The notes below the pieces were generated by a model. The model made no database searches. It was not told the DNA's origin and saw only the letters and a list, made by a program, of their open reading frames with translations. Below are positions 1 through 10,400 of a stretch of 64,000 bases of DNA, in pieces. The position numbers and the translations under genes are program-made. The stretch is from Hydrolagus affinis (Eukaryota). The stretch spans positions 62,001-126,000 of the forward strand of contig JAAILG010000047.1 of the NCBI GenBank assembly GCA_012026655.1, written 5' to 3'. How positions within the stretch are numbered: the stretch's first letter is position 1; the number at the start of each line of letters is the position of its first letter.

Positions 1-418
1 ACTACTTCAATACTGAATTAACAAAAAGCACTCTGTCTCTCTCTAGCTCCAAATTATATTTTAAAACCAGGTTGGCGGAGAGTAGTAGTTTCAAGGACAA
101 ACATCTCAACCTATTTCATAGTATGTTCATTTGAATTAAGCCCATTTCATTCATTCCCTACCATCTTTCCCTCTGATTTTCTCCCTTTTCCCCTGTGTAC
201 CTGAGTATCAATGTTAGATAATGTCCTTGTCTTCACTTCCACAAGAAGCATTCAATAGTGCTTCTTGTGGACGTCCTCCCGACGTGAAAGGCGCTCTATA
301 AATGTAATTTGTTGTTGTTGTTGTAGTGATTAGGGGCAGAAATAATAAGTTTATTTGCCACTTTCATTGCCTGCAAATGTTAATTCAATCACAATAGATG
401 GGTTGTATTAATGGAACG

Positions 419-515
419 GGTTTCCTCTGAAACTTGGAATAGTACTATCCGTGTGCAAGGATGTCCACATTGTGCATGTGCCTGTACAATGGAACTCCAA
501 GTTTTAAAGAAAGCC
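419..515. repeat. Short degraded inverted repeat, possibly an old MITE
   Basis: ggtttcctctgaaacttgga versus tccaagttttaaagaaagcc, 16 of 20 complementary. Confidence 0.4.
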
Positions 516-1181
516 TCTAATACTCAGAAATGTCAGGCTGTAGAACCATTTTTTACACTACAAATTGGCAACCAAACCATATGATTTGTATAAGCTACAG
601 CTCTAATACAACAGGACATAACAATAACACAATATGGATTGTATTCAGAAACATTGTGCCAACATCACTTCAATAATAGGCCACAGGCTTGGGCGGAAAC
701 TGGTGGAACTAAAGCATCTAGGGCTGATTTGGATTCAGCAGCTACACATTAAGATCAAGCTGTACAGATTTAAACAGCATAATAAAAATTGATTCAGCTA
801 TAGTGTTAGAGACAAAGAAAAGTACATTAATGGAGATAGCAACAGAGCAAAGAAACAGATAATGATGGAGGCAATGAACGAAAACAGAATATTAAAATAT
901 TTTATCAAAACAGCAGAATCGTTTTGCGCAATTATCACAATGGGGTTTCAAGCAAGATCTTAGAAAATGATTCATAAAACCTGATATGTTTGATTACAGA
1001 TATTAAGGTAAAATATTTGGCCTTGACAAAGAAGAATTTCAGAATGTAGAAATAAATTGGTGTTGTCAGCTTCAATTCTCATCAGGCAGCACAGAGCGGA
1101 AACTGGTTGTTTGTCTGTGCCTTTCCTCCCATATGAGACATGCAAACTGATTACACCAGTTACAGGGAATGATCCACAAGT

Positions 1182-1280
1182 CTAATCTTGTCCTATGTAC
1201 CTGCTGAAATTTGGTATCTCTGTGCAATCACTCAAGAAGATGTATAAATCAGTCTGCGGAAATCCATGCTCTTGATATTT
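1182..1280 (-). CDS. MCOLN2: MCOLN2 C-terminal exon ([12 protein letters not shown]...SRYIGQD*)
   Basis: Acceptor ttctag| at 1280; GFPxTDL motif; first stop TAG at 1184-1182. The end is uncertain (see findings). Confidence 0.78.
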   Translation of the reverse strand, partial: KYQEHGFPQTDLYIFLSDCTEIPNFSRYIGQD

Positions 1281-4200
1281 CTAGAAAATAAAAGATATAA
1301 AAAATGCAAAGGTTGGCATCTAATCATTTGAAGATACCGTGACAATTACAGAACCTGGCAGCTGCCCAATTCTAATCGGCAATCCAACCTTAGTCAGACA
1401 CAGTCCACTGAAATGAACAACAACAACTTGCCAATACAGCGAACTTCACATAGAATAACAGCCCAGAGGGCTTGCAAATATAAGCGGTGAATATTGAATG
1501 AAGGGGGAGAGGGATTTCAGGCGGGCGGGGTGGGGGGTGGAAGAGATGACCCCAGGTGTAATTGGAGAGCTAAATCTGGTATCAGTGACATTAAAAGAGA
1601 TATATACTTTTTGAATTTGAATAACAGTATCACTTACTTTGACAGTTTCATAAGTATCCTGAATGAGTGCAATGAAGAGACTTAAAATCATGTAAATGAA
1701 GAGGCTGATGAAGCTGTAGAGATAGAGCCGGCTGAACAGCCAAAGTAAAATGCTGTTTTCCTGTAATTCTGCAAAGGTAGCGAACATGTCGTCGCCGTTG
1801 ACCAGAGAGAAAAGGCATTCGGCAACAGTGCTTAAATTCTCAAACTAAAAGGGAAAATAAAACAATTTAAATGAATCAATATGCGTACATTTAGCTGAAA
1901 AGTTCCGTATCGTACAATTGAATTTAAAAAAAAACTCAAGGGGCTGTGTGGAAATCTAAGCGCGTTTCTTGCAGATCAAACAAGGAACGCTATCAACTGC
2001 CTCTGTTGAGATTTCACGTGAGAAACGTTCCCCTTCAGTGAGGAGGATGGAATTTAAGTTACTAAAACTGCAAATACAACAATTGTTACAAAATATATTC
2101 TCCACTTGAAATATTATTAATATTTTGCTGTTGCCTCTGCGGGGGTGGGGGGGGGAAGAGAAAAAAATTGCAACGATAGATCCAAGATTAATGTGGATAT
2201 CACTAACAAAGGAATAACACAACTTTACCAATTACAAGATGAGTTTTGAATGTTATCAATCAGAATCAAGAGGGATTAATGGGGCTAGTTGGATTGAATG
2301 GCCTGTTTCCATGTCCTATAGATTTCATAGGAATTTACACAACACTATGTAACTTTGCATGACCCTAAATTATTATGTACTGCTGTAGATTGATGCACAT
2401 GCCAAAAAAAAAGTTTCATCTGAGTGGCTATAGTATGATTTTCCTCTAAAATGTTGCAATACAGTTTTACCATCAAATGGCAAAGTTAGTCCTAATCCTG
2501 CCTGCTTTATAATCAATGTTTTCTGTTACAACACTGCCATCTTGTGGAAATCCTTATCACTCCCTCGATTTGTAGGAGACTGCAGTGCGCAATTGGAGGC
2601 CGAGTTTAGGCCACAAAACACGCAGACACCACACTTTACAATGTATTCTGTGAAGCGCTTTGAGATGTCTCGAACACATGATAAGGCGTTAGCAAATGCA
2701 AGGTTTATTATTATTATTAGAAAGAACTCCCAATAAAAACAACTTTTTCTTCCTAGATGTGTCCGTGTAATAGACTAAAAATCTGAAACAGTAAGTTATT
2801 TAAAATGAGTGAATAAAAGATGACAATGATTACCTTTGTGTGATAAGGTCCTAACACAATCCATCCACAGAATGTGTAACCGAGGTAAATCATCCCCGCA
2901 CAGCAGCAAAACCGTAGTACTTTGGGAAAAGCCGCTCCCATTGTTAAAATGAGCAGCTGTGGGTACATAGGAAAACATTATAAGCTCTGAATTGAATACC
3001 AGAGAAAGATTTAGAAAAAAATCATTATTCTAAAAAGGATCCTTACATTATATTTATGGAAATATCCCAGGTATCTTATGACTCCAACCCAAACAAACAA
3101 TGTAGAGGTTCCCAGTAAAATGCTGCAAACATCATATGTTGTGAGGTTCTGAAATTAAAAACCATATATTGTTACGCACACCTAGAGTAATGTTGAACTC
3201 TTGAACAGACTGAAAAAAATGGCAGTAGAAGATTCTCATCTTTGTTACCTATAAAAGCCTCAAATTAAAAATTGGAAGAGTTTCAACGTTGGTCCTCATG
3301 GGCTCTCTGCAACTTAGCGGACAGTAATACCTCAGTAGCATGTAACAACAATGGTTAGTAATTTTTACAGTGTCAGATATCATTAAGGTCTTGGAACTCT
3401 TCCCAATAATCAGCTAACAACAGACTTATAATATTACTCCAGGACTGTTAAGGTCAAATATCTGCCTCCAACAACACTTATTTTCGTGCTTTCATATCAC
3501 CTCAATCCAGGGAAATAGAGTTTATTCGACTTTAAAATAAACGTATCTTTTATTGGTAAAAAGGATTGGTGAATTGCATTTGAAGAATTGGTTATGTTTT
3601 AATTCTTTGTCTGGTTTTGCAAGTGTTTTGTTTTGAAACATACCACTCTTTCTCAAAAGATACCGTTTCTCTCCTACAGAGGGCCTGCTATTTAGCTAAA
3701 GCGCCTTGGGAAAACTTGAGATGTGGAACAAACAAAGTCGTGTGATGGGAGGATGGGTATCCTGGAAGGATGAGATCAGAAGGCTGAAGGGAATTCTTCA
3801 TCCAAACTAATCTTGTTATCTTGCGGATGGAGATAACAAGAACCATCAAGAACAACATTTATTTTGGAAGTATTTTCACGTTTAATAAACTATTGTCCAC
3901 CTGGAAATAGGTCAGATGATCTAATTGAGCACAGTTGGATAAAGTTGTAGGTGTTTCCTTACAAAAATACATCTCCAAATGCAACCCTAGCAGGGGGCTG
4001 GGAGGACAGGTAAGGCATTGGCTACAGACATGAAGAGAAAATAGAGAGAAGTGGAATCACCATAAAAAAGGGGGAAAAAATTGTCATATTCCTTCTAAGG
4101 AAATGGAAAATGTAAAGCGTCTAAACATTGTTAACACGGTGTAAATTAGCATCCACCAGTTCCCACCTTTACAGTAATCTCCATCTTCATGATGGAGCCA

Positions 4201-6016
4201 GTAATAGTCATCATGTCACTGAGAATGATCAGGATATACCAGCCGTTCAAAAACTCCAAGCGATCAGACAGACGCATATTGGAATTATATTTCCTCAGAA
4301 AGAAACTTGCAAATCTCTGGAACGACAAAACACAATTTACTATTTGCATTACAAACGGAGTGGGGGAAAACAGTAATTCCAATTCTGAACAAAAAAAAAG
4401 TTGTTTGAATAACAAAGGCAAAAGTTTAACTTGGAAAGTAAACTGCCGTGGAAGTATTAAAGGAACTGTATCTTGTAATTTTAAAATAAACTTTGTTCAT
4501 TTATGAACAATCATAAAATGTTGAACTTTTTGTCCCTCGAATGTTTAAAAATGCTTCCCCCCATTGCCACATGTTTAGATTATTAGCTGAAATGAAATTC
4601 ATCGGTAGGAATTTGGTTGATTGTTCAACATAGGATGAACAGGAACAACCTAATTTAACCAGTTATGTTTATGGAGGGGAAAAAAAAATAACTTTAATTC
4701 TCCTGTTATTTATTCCTTGTCTCCAGCCACTTCATTCTAGGTGTGGTTCCACAGGCTTTGTCGCCATTGTTCATGGCTTTGGCTATGTATCTACCCAAAG
4801 AGCTATATCACATTGCAGTCCTTGTTTCCCTATCAGCACACCTAAGAAATAAGTAAGACTGTATTTACAAATTAGCTAGTAGTTCACACCCAAAAGCCAT
4901 TTTCCTTTTTTTGGATTTGATCATTTATGTTAATTTACAGGCATGTGTGGCGCAGCTCAACTGCATCAAATTTTAACCAAAATACTTTGTCAAATGTTTA
5001 TTATAGAGTGAGGTTTGTACAGCACAAACATACCTTTTGCAGTGATATACCAAGGATAATAGACCGAATGCAAAGAATAAGTGACATCAAGCAAATCAGC
5101 ATGACAAAAACATCAAAGATCAAAGTATACTGAGGCCTCTTGGAGACTGAAAAATAAATAAAAGTTGTTGCTCATCACAATGTGTCTAAGTGTTAAGGTG
5201 CCAAATATAATATCCTAAGAAATCTAACATCATTTTAAATTTGATTTCAATAAAATCTATTGTTTCCAACTGCTGTAGTATTAAGAATTGAATCCAGCTC
5301 TTGGCTTTAAGGATGAAAACAGTTATATCTGCATTTAATGGAATGCTTATCCCAAGGTGAATACGTCTAACTGCATACTACAACATCTAATACCTTAATT
5401 GTTCAGCAATTCAAAGATTGAATCTGAAATGGATCCCACAATACTTTTCAAAGTGATGAAAAAGATCATCTCATCGCCTTGGGACATCCTTGTGACGTGA
5501 AAGGCGCTAAAGCATTATAATTTTGCATTGTATTGGTTGCTTTGTTGTGACAAGAACAGAGGAAACTGTTTAGATTATTAGCTGAAATGAAATTCATTGG
5601 TAGGAATTTGGTTGATTGTTCAACATAGGATGAACAGGAACAACCTAGTTTAACCAGTTATGTTCATGGAGGGGAAAAAAAAATAACTTTCATTCTCCTG
5701 TTATTTGGAATAAGGAGTACTTACCAGAGCTAGATATATGCCAGTCACCACACTCCTGAACTGCAGCATCACTATCCAGGTTTATTTTAATGATTCCACT
5801 GTGGGCCGTATTATCAAAAGTAATCTGAAGTAAATGACAATATTATTTTTGAGTACACTTTGTCAGGGTGTAAGAAGCATAATAATCTTCCTACACATGC
5901 AAGTACCTTACTGAAGTATTTCAGATTCTAAAAGGAACAGATTTTGAATTAACCTTCTCATTCAACAAAATGAGATGAAAGTGCTTTTTAAAGAATTTGA
6001 GCCTGAAAATTCTATC

Positions 6017-6047
<31 letters not shown>

Positions 6048-9000
6048 CTATAATATATTCTATATCCAAATAACAAAGTCAATAGGTATTTGGCTTGTTA
6101 TTTGGACTTTAATCCTTGGTTCTGGTCTCCTCCTTGTCTCCCAAATCCTCCGCTCCACCATTGGCGGCCGTGCCTTCAGCCACTATGCCCAGAAGCTCTG
6201 AAACTCCTTTCCCCCGCCCCCCTTTCTTCCTAGTTTCAGGTCTCAACTGAAGACCTTTCTTTTCGACCGCACCTTTGTTCACCTTTTTCCCCCCTCCCCC
6301 TGACTCGGGCCCGGGATCCGTTTCTGTGAAGCGCTCTGAGACGCCATCTGGGGTGGAGGGCGCTATATAAATCGAAGTTGTTGTTGTTGCCTTTTATATT
6401 CTTGATCATTACTATCTTACATCTCCCCTGTTCAACACCATCTCTAAATGTAAGGGGATAGGTAGAAAGGAAATGTTTACTTACGGTAATCAAAAATTCA
6501 TAGCAATCGGGCAATTCATTATATTGGAGTGCTTGTAAGTCAATTCCTTTCAGTCTAAATGAGATTTCTATTTGTATAAGCCTAAAAAAGAAACATTCCA
6601 CTATACAACAACAACAAAATTAAACTTGTATAGCACCTTTCATGTCAGGAGGACGTCCCAAGGCGTTGGACAATCATTGTTTCAGACATAAGCTGGGGAC
6701 AGGAAGGATGGAGGGAAAGGGGGGGATTTGTGGTGACCGATGGGACCGTCAAAGAGGACGTTCTTGAGGCGGGACTTGAAGGAGGCCAGGGAGGTGGCAA
6801 GGCAGAGGGACTGCAGGATAGAGTTCCAGAGGTTGGGGGCAGAGTGGCTGAAGGCTCGCCCGTCAATGGTGGGGCGGGCGAGTTGGGGGACGTGTAGCAG
6901 GCCAGAGCCTGCTGAGCAGAAAGGGTGGGCAGCTTGCTAGGGGGTTAGGAGGTCGCAGAGGTAGAGTGGGGCAAGGCCGTGGAGGGCTTTGAATGTGAGG
7001 ACCATAAGAGGATATCAAGGGAAACTGTAAGCAGCTTTATTTACTAACAACTTTGAAGACACAGAGTTAAATATTATTGATATTCACAGTTAGAGATGAT
7101 AAATATGCTTACCTGTAAAATTCCAAGAAAAAAAACGATGAGTTGCTAGTTTTCCATTTTTCCAAGACATTATTTGTTGCAATAATTGGCTCTATATTCA
7201 AGCAATCTGGGAAGAGATCGAGTGTTATAATTTTATAATAAATATATAGTTACATTTACCACGGATAGAAAAATCCTCCTGGTTCTCAAAGACACTGTCA
7301 CAAATATATTATGGCTGTTATGACTGGGGGGAAGCAGGCAAATCGGGTACTGGTGAACACTTTTGTTTCAAGTTCAAGGGATTCGAAAAGTTCTTTTGAT
7401 TCACATTACAATCTGGTAACCTGTCAAAGGGACTACGACAAGTGATCTCCAGGAAATAAGACCAAAGGACACCTGTCACAAATGTCACACTGGTGCCATT
7501 GAGAGAGTCAGGAGTGCGCTTCATTATTATTTACTATTTTTTTTGCTTTGTAACAATCGAACCATTCCCTTGAACATTTTTTCTCACCGGTTTCAATTCT
7601 TGAATCAATTGTTGATCCGTTCACGCCCTCTGAAGGTACAGGCGGGTGTTTCACATACAGCTGTTTGCAGATTGTTAATGCTATCAGATTGTTTTCATCT
7701 CGTTCATAGCCATAATTTCCTACAGTCACATTGTCTATCTGCAGATACTGGGGGAGGCGGGGAGGGGAATAAAACGGAACACTTATTGAAATATTTATTG
7801 CATCGAAAAATTGAAAAGAAATGAAAGACAAAAAATAACATAATGCAAAATAATATCAGTCCCCTATTCATTGTATTTTTCACAATGTGGTTGCTGAGCT
7901 ATTGAACATAGATGACCATACTATAGCAAGGTTGCCTCGTACATTTTCATGTCACGTCAAGCTTGAGCAGAGTTCTGTTTTAACATACCTGATCGATTGC
8001 ATAAAACATGTTATCGTACACATCTTGTTGATTATATACAACAAAGCTGTCCTCTTGATCACCTTGAAATCCTTTAAGGAAGATGTACTTAAACGCCAGT
8101 GAGTTCTCTTCTTTAAATGAAGCAACCAGTTGGTTACTCAATCCAAACAAAACCAACTGAAAGAGAAAACGGATAATATTGAACCATAATTCAAATGTTT
8201 TCATCATCTCATAAGCTTTTACATTAACTTGTGTGCAACCATCCTCATCACAAGTTCTCAGCAAGATTTAACGAACTACTGATGAAGTACATCACCAGAG
8301 GAATTGTACAATGCCATTGTCACCTGCAGCACAAATATTAACGCACTATTTTCTTGTTTGTAAATTAGAATTTCATCATAAAGCACAAAACTCAGTAGGA
8401 AGCAATTCAGCACGTCGATCCTGCTCCACCAGTTTATTAGTTATTGACAGATCGTTTAATCCCATTTCCCATTCCCTTTCTCGTTAATCATTAACATTAT
8501 ATTCACCTTGTGTAGCGTTTTATCACATCTTTCAGAGGACGGATCAAAGCGCTTCACAGGACCTTAACGCAAAGTGAAGTGACTCGTTTATTTGTGGGCA
8601 AACACAGTGACCAATTTGCACACAGCACTGAATTGAATGAGCAATTCTATTTGGAGGACTTTTGGCTAGATGCCATGAGAAACTCCCTTCTCTTTTCCCT
8701 AGTACCAGGACATCCCTAATGCCTGTATGAATAGAGAGAACGGTCACCTTTGTTAAGCATTTCACCCGAAGGGCCGCACTTCTAACAATGCAGAGCTCCC
8801 CCAACACTGCATTGGAGTGTCAACATGATCTGAGAGTAAATAAAAGCTTACACATTGATGGTATAAATGGTATTACAATTACCTGTGCCGTTACCATAAC
8901 TATTTTCAAAAGTTGCAAGCAAAGTTTCCAAGGAAATTGGCACCTGGCTCTGTATTTTTCACATGGGTTCATGAAAAAGAACCTTAGGTCCGCTTTCAGT

Positions 9001-9089
9001 TTGATCTCTTCGCTGATCATATCTGTGTTTGAAATTGCCGGGCTCGGTGAGTGAACTGGGTCATTTAAATTGTAGCAATTTGCAGGCAT
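1182..9089 (-). CDS. MCOLN2: Mucolipin-2 (TRPML2), spliced gene with 12 coding exons, about 539 aa from the first in-frame ATG
   Basis: Exons join in frame via GT-AG. Mucolipin motifs [19 protein letters not shown] and pore [13 protein letters not shown] are present. TRPML2-type residues: [42 protein letters not shown]. Lies next to MCOLN3 as in other vertebrates. True start and C-terminus are uncertain. Confidence 0.9.
1638..1844 (-). CDS. MCOLN2: MCOLN2 exon, pore and S6 ([21 protein letters not shown]...IQDTYETVK)
   Basis: 207 nt, ttttag|...|gtaagt; selectivity filter NGDD. Confidence 0.95.
2834..2956 (-). CDS. MCOLN2: MCOLN2 exon, S5 ([21 protein letters not shown]...GPYHTK)
   Basis: 123 nt, ccacag|...|gtaatc. 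Confidence 0.95.
3047..3148 (-). CDS. MCOLN2: MCOLN2 exon, S4 ([34 protein letters not shown])
   Basis: 102 nt, tttcag|...|gtaagg. Confidence 0.95.
4167..4316 (-). CDS. MCOLN2: MCOLN2 exon, S3 (RFASFF...[14 protein letters not shown]...MEITVK)
   Basis: 150 nt, ttccag|...|gtggga. Confidence 0.94.
4572..4711. repeat. 140-bp direct duplication, copy A (copy B at 5567-5706)
   Basis: 4 mismatches in 140 nt. Confidence 0.95.
5034..5146 (-). CDS. MCOLN2: MCOLN2 exon, S2 ([14 protein letters not shown]...GISLQK)
   Basis: 113 nt, tttcag|...|gtatgt. Confidence 0.94.
5567..5706. repeat. 140-bp direct duplication, copy B
   Basis: 4 mismatches in 140 nt versus 4572-4711. Confidence 0.95.
5725..5824 (-). 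CDS. MCOLN2: MCOLN2 exon ([10 protein letters not shown]...[10 protein letters not shown])
   Basis: 100 nt, cttcag|...|gtaagt. Confidence 0.94.
6118..6390 (+). mobile_element. L2 LINE 3' fragment (tail type gcgctctgagacgcc...ggagggcgct, (TTG)n)
   Basis: ORF2 end [15 protein letters not shown]...[10 protein letters not shown]; C-rich 3' UTR; stem-loop tail. Confidence 0.88.
6485..6581 (-). CDS. MCOLN2: MCOLN2 exon ([16 protein letters not shown]...[11 protein letters not shown])
   Basis: 97 nt, ttttag|...|gtaagt. Confidence 0.94.
6606..7008 (-). mobile_element. L2 LINE 3' fragment with decayed ORF2 C-terminus
   Basis: Translates as [18 protein letters not shown]...[14 protein letters not shown]...[11 protein letters not shown] with one internal stop; (TTG)n tail. 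Confidence 0.9.
7113..7206 (-). CDS. MCOLN2: MCOLN2 exon (DCLNIEP...[10 protein letters not shown])
   Basis: 94 nt, cccag|...|gtaagc, phase 1 to 2. Confidence 0.92.
7588..7747 (-). CDS. MCOLN2: MCOLN2 exon ([14 protein letters not shown]...SRIET)
   Basis: 160 nt, ccccag|...|gtgaga, phase 0 to 1. Confidence 0.92.
7989..8156 (-). CDS. MCOLN2: MCOLN2 exon (LVLFGLSNQ...FYAIDQ)
   Basis: 168 nt, tttcag|...|gtatgt. Confidence 0.93.
8503..8825 (-). mobile_element. Older, diverged Deu-domain SINE (SacSINE1/AmnSINE1-like)
   Basis: Resembles, from memory, the Deu domain (actgcattggagtgtca, gagaaactccct) plus the shared aagcgcttcacag tail; a related piece lies at 55755-55968 (+). Confidence 0.6.
8883..9089 (-). 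CDS. MCOLN2: MCOLN2 coding exon (MPANC...[33 protein letters not shown])
   Basis: Donor CAG|gtaatt at 8883. Likely acceptor at 9131; frame stays open from 9131 to the ATG at 9089. Confidence 0.85.
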
Positions 9090-9382
9090 TCTCCCGTCAC
9101 AATTTCTGTGAAGCACATCAATTCGGAGCCACTATGATAAGAAAAGATAAAGAAAATCCAGAATTACTCATTATATTCTTGTAGCCAGGAGTTAATAAAA
9201 TCAGGCTGTTTAAATTTAAAGCACAGGTGATCACGGTAAACTGATTTATTCCCATCCTTTTTGAGCTCACTTGCAAGGCTGAATTAGATGCAGTCACTGC
9301 TGAAATCAATTGATCTTTCTCGCTCTTAGAGTTGGATATCTTATGGCCAATGGTTACTAGCAAAGGACACAGCAATTTCAGT

Positions 9383-9675
9383 ATAATCATCCTTGCACTT
9401 GATATAGCGCTTTTCACATCTTCTAGACGTCTCACAGAATATACTGTAAAGTGAATTGACTGTATATTTGTGGGTGAAACACGGCAGCCAATTGCACACA
9501 GCAGTGTCCCACAAACAGTCGAGGATTGAAATGACCAAACAATTATTTTTTGAGGTATTATTATCAGGCGCGTGGAGTAAGGAAACTTGCCCAAGGTTTC
9601 GCCCTGCCTGGAATTGAACCCAGGTCTCTCGCTTGTAAGACGAGTACTCTTAACCACTGAGCTACAGGACTCCAC
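9383..9675 (-). mobile_element. Full-length tRNA-headed SINE (Deu-type body, L2-like tail)
   Basis: A box tagctcagtgg, B box ggttcaattcc, body gggacactgctgtgtgcaattggctgc, tail gtgaaaagcgctatatcaa.tgcaagg plus short ATT-type repeat; many copies in the window. Confidence 0.9.
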
Positions 9676-9878
9676 TATATAAGTACATATATATATATAT
9701 ATATACACATATATATCGAGAGAGAGAGAGAAGTAGTTTTACAATAAAACAGGTGGCATCAACCTGAATAGGTTTAAGTAAATAATGCAGGACTGATGAC
9801 TGACTGATATCATTACTATCAGTTGATGAGGATGGTGCTGTGATAAGGGACCACAGAGAAGCTGCAGACAAACAGTGC

Positions 9879-9978
9879 NNNNNNNNNNNNNNNNNNNNNN
9901 NNNNNNNNNNNNNNNNNNNNNNNNNNNNNNNNNNNNNNNNNNNNNNNNNNNNNNNNNNNNNNNNNNNNNNNNNNNNNN
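9879..9978. other. Assembly gap (100 N) in the MCOLN2 5' region
   Basis: Run of exactly 100 N. Confidence 0.99.
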
Positions 9979-10086
9979 CTCTCAGACGTTTTTTTTTCTT
10001 TTCTGGTTAGTTGTTCCACAGATCAGAGAGGCTCATATTGCGGTTAAACTGAAAGCAAAACTACCCCCCACACCCACTCAGCCCAC

Positions 10087-10400
10087 TGTGTGTGTGTGTG
10101 TATGTGTGAGAGAGTATCCCTGATCCCTACCTATGTGTGTGTGTGTGTGTGAGAGAGAGAGAGTATCACCCTGATCCCTACCTGTGTATGTGTGTGTCTG
10201 ATCCCAATCTGTGTGTCTGATCCCCACCTTTGTGTGTGTGTGTGTCCCTGATCCCTATGTGTGTGTGTGTGTCTGTCCCTGATTCCCTACCTCTGTCTGT
10301 CCCTGATCCCTAACTGTGTGTGTGTGTGTGTGTGATCCCTATCTGTGTGTGAGAGTCCCTGATTCCATACCTGTGTGTGTGTGTGAGACCCTGATCCCAA
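10087..10400. repeat. Compound minisatellite: about 11 units of (C)CTGATCCC(TACC) separated by (TG)n/(GA)n
   Basis: Repeated ctgatccc core with variable TG tracts. Confidence 0.9.

Noticed and set aside
6236-6484. Arg/Gly-rich continuation of ORF 6236-6601, and ORFs at 6645, 6740, 14371-14661 and 60960-61309
   Set aside because: Intron read-through into L2 fragments, or off-frame translations of them.
1182-9089. Possibility that the first mucolipin is MCOLN1 or a second MCOLN3 copy
   Set aside because: Diagnostic residues ([31 protein letters not shown]) and its position next to MCOLN3 fit MCOLN2.
9118-9708. Longest ORF in the track (196 aa), and similar ORFs at 23248, 24834, 39978, 55973 and 56673
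   Set aside because: Translations of the SINE (recurring [10 protein letters not shown] / [10 protein letters not shown]), with no splice context or protein homology.
10087-10400. CRISPR-like repeat-spacer pattern
   Set aside because: Spacers are simple TG/GA tracts, the context is a vertebrate genome, and there are no cas genes.
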